32,000 nucleotides of DNA from Xanthomonas campestris pv. campestris str. ATCC 33913 (GTDB taxonomy: Bacteria > Pseudomonadota > Gammaproteobacteria > Xanthomonadales > Xanthomonadaceae). The stretch lies in the NCBI RefSeq assembly GCF_000007145.1, contig NC_003902.1:1717436-1749435 (forward strand), in the 5' to 3' direction. The notes below the pieces were generated by a model, which ran no database searches, had not been told where the DNA came from, and was given only the letters and a program-made list of their open reading frames with translations. A program made the position numbers and the translations under genes. Below are positions 25,133 to 32,000 of this stretch, piece after piece (the stretch's first letter is position 1; each line of letters begins with the position of its first letter).

Positions 25133-26676
25133 GCGCGCTGCGGATCCTCGTCGTCGTGCAACGCGTCGTCGTCGGCCGGGTTGGCGGCGTCGTCTTCCTG
25201 CGTGGCAGAGGCGTCGCTTGCCATGCCGGTGTCGGCGGCCGCCTCGGCGTTGTCGTCCTCGTCTTCCGCTTCCTCGAGCGCATCCGGCTGGTCAGCCTCG
25301 TCTGCGACTGCTTCCACATCGGCGTCCGCATCGATCTGCGTGGCGTCGGTGTCGGCATCCAGATCAGCGTCTTCGTCGTTGTCGAGGTGGTCGGCCGACA
25401 GGCTCAGGGTATGCGCATCGTCGTCGTCGAGGTCTTCGTACTGATCCTCATGCGCGCGCTGGTAATGGCCCTGCGCCAGCAGTTCCAGCACCACCTCGCG
25501 GCCACGCACGGACAACTGCCCGTACAGCGCGCCGTCGATCTCCTCGGCGGCGGCCAGGCGGCTGGCGTCCTTGACCGACAGCGCAAATTCCAGGCCGCTG
25601 CAGAACAGGGTGGCGCCGCGCTTGGCACGCCGCCAGGCCAGCCGCGACCACGGGTGGCGATGCAGCAGCACTCCTTCGTCAAGGGCCTGCTCCACGGCCT
25701 CGCGCGGGATCGGTTCCGGTGCCGGCACCACGTCGCCGGAGGCGCGGTAGGTGGTCATGAAGCGGCCAAACCAGTCGCCCAGGCGGTCCGGGTCGTTCAT
25801 GCGCAGGGCGTTGAGTGCGGCGACCACGCGGTTCATCGCGGTGACATCGATCTCGTATGGATCAGCCGGCACCTTGAGGTCTTCGTCGTGATAGCGCACG
25901 GCCTCGTCGGCATCGGCGATCAAGGTGTCCAGGTAGTCACCGATCAGCTCGGCCGAGGAGGGCGCGCGGGTGCCGATGGAGAAGGTCAGGCAAGCGTCCT
26001 GGGCCACGCCGTGGTGCGGCACCAGCGGCGGCAGGTACAGCATGTCGCCCGGGCCCAGCACCCAGTCGTGGGTGGGCTTGAATTCGCGCAGCAGCTTGAT
26101 GTCCACATCGTCGCGGAACGCCATCGGCGTGGGCTTGCGGCCCTGCGAGCTGCGTGCGTCGACCTGCCAGCGGCGATGGCCCAGGCCCTGCAGCAGGAAC
26201 ACGTCGTAATGGTCGACATGCGCGCCCACCGAGCCGCCGGTGGCGGCGAAGCTGATCATGATGTCGTCGATGCGCCAGCGCGGCAGGAAGCGGAACTGCT
26301 CCAGCAGCGCACGCACGTCGGCGTCCCACTTGTCCACGTCCTGCACCAGCAGGGTCCAGTCGTGGTCGGGCAGGCCGGGGAAGTCGGTTTCCTGGAAAGG
26401 TCCGCTGCGCACGGTCCAGTCGTCGGCGGCGCGGTCGTGGCTGATCAGCCGCGCCAGCACGCCGTCTTCGCAGGCCAGTCCGGCCAGGTCTTCGGGCTGC
26501 AGCGGCGACTGGAAATCCGGGAACGCGTTGCGGATCAGCAGCGGATGCTTGTGCCAGTAGGTGCGTAGAAAGCGCTCGACCGGCATGCCCAACGGCTGAT
26601 CGCGGGTGGCATGGATCTCGAAGGGCAGCGGGGCGCCCTTTCTGGCAACGGTCTTTTTTGCGGCGGTCTTTTTCAT
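25129..26676 (-). CDS. Cupin-4/JmjC-type 2-oxoglutarate/Fe(II) oxygenase, RoxA (YcfD)-like ribosomal protein hydroxylase homolog, with a long acidic C-terminal tail
   Basis: The 515-aa ORF has a facial-triad-like HVDHYD ... PHHG. It has overall YcfD-like order (FLRTYWHKHPLLIRNAF, WTLLVQDVDKW, GGSVGAHVDHYDVFLLQGLGHRRW). The last roughly 107 aa are about 42% Asp/Glu. Confidence 0.8.
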   Translation of the reverse strand: MKKTAAKKTVARKGAPLPFEIHATRDQPLGMPVERFLRTYWHKHPLLIRNAFPDFQSPLQPEDLAGLACEDGVLARLISHDRAADDWTVRSGPFQETDFPGLPDHDWTLLVQDVDKWDADVRALLEQFRFLPRWRIDDIMISFAATGGSVGAHVDHYDVFLLQGLGHRRWQVDARSSQGRKPTPMAFRDDVDIKLLREFKPTHDWVLGPGDMLYLPPLVPHHGVAQDACLTFSIGTRAPSSAELIGDYLDTLIADADEAVRYHDEDLKVPADPYEIDVTAMNRVVAALNALRMNDPDRLGDWFGRFMTTYRASGDVVPAPEPIPREAVEQALDEGVLLHRHPWSRLAWRRAKRGATLFCSGLEFALSVKDASRLAAAEEIDGALYGQLSVRGREVVLELLAQGHYQRAHEDQYEDLDDDDAHTLSLSADHLDNDEDADLDADTDATQIDADADVEAVADEADQPDALEEAEDEDDNAEAAADTGMASDASATQEDDAANPADDDALHDDEDPQRA

Positions 26677-26846
26677 GGTGTGACGGGTCCGACTGGGAAA
26701 AGCCGGCGCTGCGCGGCCGGCGAAGTGGCCTATTGTCGCCCAGCCCGCTGCGCGATGCCTTGCCGGCCTGTGTTGCAGTCAGGTTTCAGTGCAAGGCATG
26801 CCCACGGAGGCGCTGGTCGCGCCGGATGCTGGCCGGCGCCGGCGGG

Positions 26847-27470
26847 TCAGCGGGTCGTGATCTGGTTGTCGCTGCCGTAGTCATCGACCCTCACAGTCCC
26901 GGACTGCTGGCTGATGCGGTTGCCGCGACCGTGCAGCGTGGCCTCACCGATCGTCTGCACCTGCACGTGATTGTCGTCGCCGGGCACCAGCAGGGTGTCG
27001 ACGCGACCGGCCTTGAGCGTGGACTTGCGGCCGAACAGTTCGACGCTTTTGGCATCGCCGGCCAGGGTGACCTGAGCAGCGTCGCCAACGATACGGACCG
27101 ATTCGGCGCGCTCGATCTGCACGATTGCCTGCTCGCCCAGCACGGAGATGGCGCCGCAATCGCCCTTGAAAAGCAGATTGGCGTGGTCGCCGGTCAGATC
27201 GACGTTATGCCCGTCGCAACTGACCGTGCCGCTGGTCGAGGTGACCAGCAACGTCGGCCGCTCGCCAGTGTCGGCCTTCGGTGCGGCGTCGGTGCTTGCT
27301 GGCGACAGGGCCGGCTGCGCCGGCTGGGGAGCGGATTGAGCTGGCGCCACCGATGCTGCGGATGCGCTTGGAGGCGTCGGGGAGATGGCAGCAGCAGGAT
27401 CAGCAGCGGGCTGCTCGCCGCAGGCCGCCAATGCGAGCAGTGAGAGGGGCAGCAGTGAGCGCAATGCCAT
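26847..27470 (-). CDS. Putative lipoprotein with DUF3060-like repeat domain (paralog 1)
   Basis: ORF 26847-27500. The start is moved to the ATG at 27470, which is preceded by GGAG. It has the lipobox LLALAAC-G. A Pro/Ala/Ser-rich linker follows, then C-x19-C and repeated G-x-x-N-x-V-type beta-strand units. The family name is from memory and is not verified. Confidence 0.75.
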   Translation of the reverse strand: MALRSLLPLSLLALAACGEQPAADPAAAISPTPPSASAASVAPAQSAPQPAQPALSPASTDAAPKADTGERPTLLVTSTSGTVSCDGHNVDLTGDHANLLFKGDCGAISVLGEQAIVQIERAESVRIVGDAAQVTLAGDAKSVELFGRKSTLKAGRVDTLLVPGDDNHVQVQTIGEATLHGRGNRISQQSGTVRVDDYGSDNQITTR

Positions 27471-27609
27471 GTCAATCTCCTGAAAACGGGAACAACACAA
27501 CGCAGCGATGGGCTTGGTCCCCGCGCCGCTGGCGCACGAGGTGGTCGAGTCTGTGAGTCACGGATCCACCAGCGGCACGGCAGACAGGCCGATGGCGATC
27601 GCGCCGCCG

Positions 27610-28110
27610 TTACATCAGCTTGTTGCCGCTGCCACGGTCGTCCAGCGTGGGTTTGCTGTAGGGATTGACGGTGTTGTCGTTACCGGAAAAACGCACCTGT
27701 TTCACCTCGCGGACCAGGACCAGATTCTGGTTGCCCTGGATGTCTGCGCTGCCGAGGTTGGTCAGGTTGAGCGTGTTGTTGTTGCCGATGATGCTCAACT
27801 CGCCGACCTGTCGGTTGAGGACAGTGAAACTGCTGCCCTCCACGCGGATGGCACGTGCCTTTTCGACGTTCAGCGCGCCATGCGAGGCGGTGATCGTTAC
27901 TGCGCCGCATTCGCCATTGACGATCGTGTCGGCGTTGTCCTTGGTAATGCGCAGATCCCTGCCGCCGCAGTCGGCACCGCTGGCTGGGTCGGTCAAGGTG
28001 GACGACACCGCCGACAGCGCCTGCGCGGCGGGGCCATCGGCGCCGCATCCGCTCAGCGCCAGCACGCTGGCGAGGGTCAACAGGGACACTGCTGTCTGAG
28101 TCACACGCAT
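27610..28110 (-). CDS. Putative lipoprotein with DUF3060-like repeat domain (paralog 2)
   Basis: ORF 27610-28215. The start is moved to the ATG at 28110, which is preceded by AGGAG. It has the lipobox VLALSGC-G. It shares the C-x19-C spacing and is collinear with the neighbouring paralog. Confidence 0.75.
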   Translation of the reverse strand: MRVTQTAVSLLTLASVLALSGCGADGPAAQALSAVSSTLTDPASGADCGGRDLRITKDNADTIVNGECGAVTITASHGALNVEKARAIRVEGSSFTVLNRQVGELSIIGNNNTLNLTNLGSADIQGNQNLVLVREVKQVRFSGNDNTVNPYSKPTLDDRGSGNKLM

Positions 28111-28362
28111 TGACGATCTCCTGAAGGGCGAGGCCGGCACGATAGCAGTCCGGCTCGGTGGTCCATGTGCAGGACCATGGGCCCTGTCCGGGCCCGGGAA
28201 ACAGTTGGCGTGCATGACGCGAGGCGGATCGAGGCACAGCCTTTAACGAGTGCAGACGGCACGCCATTGGCAGGAAGCGCGACCGATGGACGCTGCCTGA
28301 GGTCTGGGCAGGCTGAGCAGATACGGCCCGTACGGCGGGCCGGTACTGGCCTTGCCGGCAGA

Positions 28363-29760
<1,398 letters not shown>

Positions 29761-29765
29761 CTATT

Positions 29766-31088
29766 CTACGCCGCCCCGGCGCCGGCTTCGCCGACCGGGC
29801 GCACCGTCACCGCCTGGATGCGGTGGCCGACCATCCGCCGGACCGTGAGCAGGTGCCCGTCCAGTTCCAGGGTCTCGCCTTCTTCCGGCAGCCGCTGCAG
29901 CTGGTGCACGATCAGGCCGCCAACCGAATTGACCTGGTCGGGCGCGCTGAGATCCCGGCCCAGCAGGCGTTCCAGGCGAAAGATCGAGGTGCTGCCGGCC
30001 ACCAGCAGCGAGCCGTCCGGGCCGCGCACCGGTGCGTCGCGCACCACGTGGCGGTGCTCGTCCTCGATCTCGCCCACCACCACCTCCAGCAGGTCCTCCA
30101 GGGTGAAGAAGCCCAGGATGCGGCCGTGCTCGTCCACGCACAGCGCAAGATGGGTGGCGCCGCTGCGGAACTGCTCCAGCGCCCGCGGGATCGGGCTTTC
30201 CAGCGCCAGCACGGTGGCCGGGCGCAGCAGGGTGCGCAACGCATCCAGGGTCTGGCCGCGCGCCATCGCCACCAGGATGTCCTTGGTGTGCAGGATGCCG
30301 AGTACCTGCTCGCCATCGGCGTCGAACCAGGGATAACGGCTGTAACGCGAGGTGCTGAATTCCGCCAGCACCGTCTGCAGCGTCATGCCTTCCCGCAGGC
30401 TGCGCAGGTGTTCGCGCGGGCGCATCAGGTCGCCAGCCACCAGGTCGGGTAGCTCCAGCACATGGCTCATCAGTGCCATGCCGTGGTCGGGCGCAGCCGC
30501 GTTGGGGTCCTGGCGGCCCACGATCAGCTTGAGTTCTTCGCGCGAATAGCGGTGCGATTGATGCTCCACCTCGCCCCAGCCCAGCACGCGTAGCAGCCGG
30601 TTGGCGCTGTTGTTGAGCACCCAGATCGCCGGATACATGACCCAGTAGAACGCGTACAGCGGTGCGGCCGTCCACAGCGACATGCGTTCCGGGCGGCGAA
30701 TGGCCATCGATTTGGGCGCCAGTTCGCCGAGCACGATGTGCAGAAACGAGATCAGGCTGAAGGCGATCGCCAGCGCGGTGAACTGCGCGGCTTCCGGCGA
30801 TAGACCCAGCGTGTCGAACACCGGCTGCAGCAGGTGCGCGAAGGCCGGCTCGCCGACCCAGCCCAGGCCAAGCGAGGCCAGCGTAATCCCGAGCTGGCAG
30901 GCCGATAGATACGCGTCCAGGTGTGCATGCACGCCCAGCAGCAGGCGCCCGCGCCAGCCGTGGTGTTCGGCCAGGCCCACCGCCTGGGTATGCCGCAATT
31001 TAAACAGTGCAAATTCGGCGGCGACAAAAAACCCGTTCAACAGCACCAGCAACAGCGCGACCAGCAACAGCCCGACGTTAGCCCACAT
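29766..31088 (-). CDS. CNNM/DUF21-CBS-CorC_HlyC family membrane protein (hemolysin C/CorC-like)
   Basis: ORF 29766-31130. The start is moved to the ATG at 31088 (MWANVGLLLVALLLVLLNGFFVAAEFAL). It has a DUF21 transmembrane domain, a CBS pair and a C-terminal CorC/HlyC transporter-associated domain. Confidence 0.85.
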   Translation of the reverse strand: MWANVGLLLVALLLVLLNGFFVAAEFALFKLRHTQAVGLAEHHGWRGRLLLGVHAHLDAYLSACQLGITLASLGLGWVGEPAFAHLLQPVFDTLGLSPEAAQFTALAIAFSLISFLHIVLGELAPKSMAIRRPERMSLWTAAPLYAFYWVMYPAIWVLNNSANRLLRVLGWGEVEHQSHRYSREELKLIVGRQDPNAAAPDHGMALMSHVLELPDLVAGDLMRPREHLRSLREGMTLQTVLAEFSTSRYSRYPWFDADGEQVLGILHTKDILVAMARGQTLDALRTLLRPATVLALESPIPRALEQFRSGATHLALCVDEHGRILGFFTLEDLLEVVVGEIEDEHRHVVRDAPVRGPDGSLLVAGSTSIFRLERLLGRDLSAPDQVNSVGGLIVHQLQRLPEEGETLELDGHLLTVRRMVGHRIQAVTVRPVGEAGAGAA

Positions 31089-31374
31089 GGCGTGCTCCAC
31101 GCCGTGCGTTGACTGGAACGCGCTGCGCAACGTGTGCGGGGCTGGGGCGGCGGTGTGGCGTGGCGTGGCACGCGATCAAAAGATTGGTCCTACAGTCAGG
31201 CGCGTGGCCCATGGCAGCGAAAGATCTCCAGCAAACACAGGCAGCAGTCTAGCCGCAGTGCTGCGATGACATCGCGGCAACGGCGTGGGCGCGTATCGTA
31301 TGGCGTCGCCAGCCCGGGTGCGCCCCGCTGCCAGCCTTCCTTCACCACCAATCAACGATGTGCGGAGAGTGCAG

Positions 31375-32000
31375 ATGAGCGAGAGTTTCAGGATCGAACA
31401 CGACAGCATGGGCGAGTTGCAGGTGCCTGCCGATGCGTTGTGGGGTGCGCAGACCCAGCGCGCTGTGCAGAACTTCCCGATTTCCGGCCAGCCGATGCCG
31501 CGCGGTTTCATTCGCGCGCTGGGGTTGATCAAGGCCGCGGCCGCAGGCGTCAACGCCGATCTCGGGCTGCTGTCCAAATCGGTGGCCAAGGTGGTGCAGG
31601 AAGCCGCCTTGCAGGTGGCGCAGGGCGCGCACGATGCACATTTCCCGATCGATGTGTATCAGACCGGCTCTGGTACGTCGTCGAACATGAATGCCAACGA
31701 GGTGATTGCCACGCTGGCCACCCGCGCCGGCAAGGACGCGGTGCACCCCAATGACCACGTCAATCTCGGGCAGAGTTCCAACGACGTGGTGCCCACCGCC
31801 ATTCGCGTCTCGGCATTGCTGGCGGTGCAGGAGCAGCTGCAGCCGGCGCTCAAGCACCTGCGCAAGACCATCGACAAGCGCGCCAAGGGTCTGGACAAGA
31901 TCGTCAAGACCGGCCGCACGCATCTGATGGATGCGATGCCCCTGACCTTTGGTCAGGAGTTCGGCGCGTGGTCTGCGCAGCTCAGTTCAGCGCAGGAGCG
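31375..32000 (+). CDS. fumC: Class II fumarate hydratase (N-terminal part; continues beyond the window)
   Basis: The ATG at 31375 is preceded by GGAGAG. Translation gives [38 protein letters not shown] ... [15 protein letters not shown] ... [11 protein letters not shown]. These are fumarase/aspartase family motifs. There is no stop before the window end, so the ORF is not in the track. Confidence 0.93.
   Translation, partial: MSESFRIEHDSMGELQVPADALWGAQTQRAVQNFPISGQPMPRGFIRALGLIKAAAAGVNADLGLLSKSVAKVVQEAALQVAQGAHDAHFPIDVYQTGSGTSSNMNANEVIATLATRAGKDAVHPNDHVNLGQSSNDVVPTAIRVSALLAVQEQLQPALKHLRKTIDKRAKGLDKIVKTGRTHLMDAMPLTFGQEFGAWSAQLSSAQE

Noticed and set aside
24099-25574. Long ORFs 24099-25358 (-), 24185-25444 (+) and 24636-25574 (+)
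   Set aside because: All are alternative-frame or antisense readings of the GNAT gene and the acidic-tail region. Their Arg/Pro/Ala-rich products are frame artefacts of GAC/GAG/GCC-rich coding sequence.
28111-28362. Several short GC-rich hairpins (for example GGGCCC-N5-GGGCCC and GGTCC-N7-GGACC) in the 252-bp spacer between purB and the lipoprotein gene
   Set aside because: The stems are only 5-6 bp with no U-tracts or conserved motifs. They cannot be distinguished from chance in GC-rich DNA.

Overview
This is a high-GC chromosomal segment, which I estimate by eye at about 65% GC. Gene order and protein sequences look like a Xanthomonas-type (Xanthomonadaceae/Lysobacteraceae) gammaproteobacterium. 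That assignment is inferred from recalled protein similarity and has not been searched. Most of the window is core housekeeping. It holds recN (partial), the heat-shock cluster hrcA-grpE-dnaK-dnaJ with two sigma32-like promoters, pdxY, and a TyrA-like dehydrogenase. On the minus strand it holds an IMPACT/YigZ gene coupled to an ABCB-type exporter, a LOG-family gene, and lpdA-sucB-sucA. Further along are a RoxA-like oxygenase coupled to a GNAT protein, two tandem DUF3060-like lipoproteins, purB, a CNNM/CorC-type membrane protein, and fumC (partial). The least ordinary part is 8959-14952. It starts with an AT-richer non-coding gap carrying a DnaA-box cluster and a 13-bp perfect palindrome. Next comes an orphan 65-aa ORF with a strong Shine-Dalgarno sequence. 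Then there is a LysR gene followed by a tightly overlapped ABC-MFP-OMF (type I secretion-like) operon. The ABC protein in that operon keeps the nucleotide-binding-domain scaffold but has lost every catalytic motif. A second recurring signal is a family of three intergenic elements at 5285-5418, 18224-18370 and 19821-19951. They are built from inverted arrays of the heptamer GGGAATN. Five of the six arms satisfy or nearly satisfy a G3-N3-4 G-quadruplex pattern. A 148-nt element bounded by a 20-bp imperfect inverted repeat lies between dnaJ and pdxY. No rRNA, tRNA, CRISPR array or transposase was seen. Many long ORFs in the track are antisense or out-of-frame shadows typical of high-GC DNA, and I rejected them.
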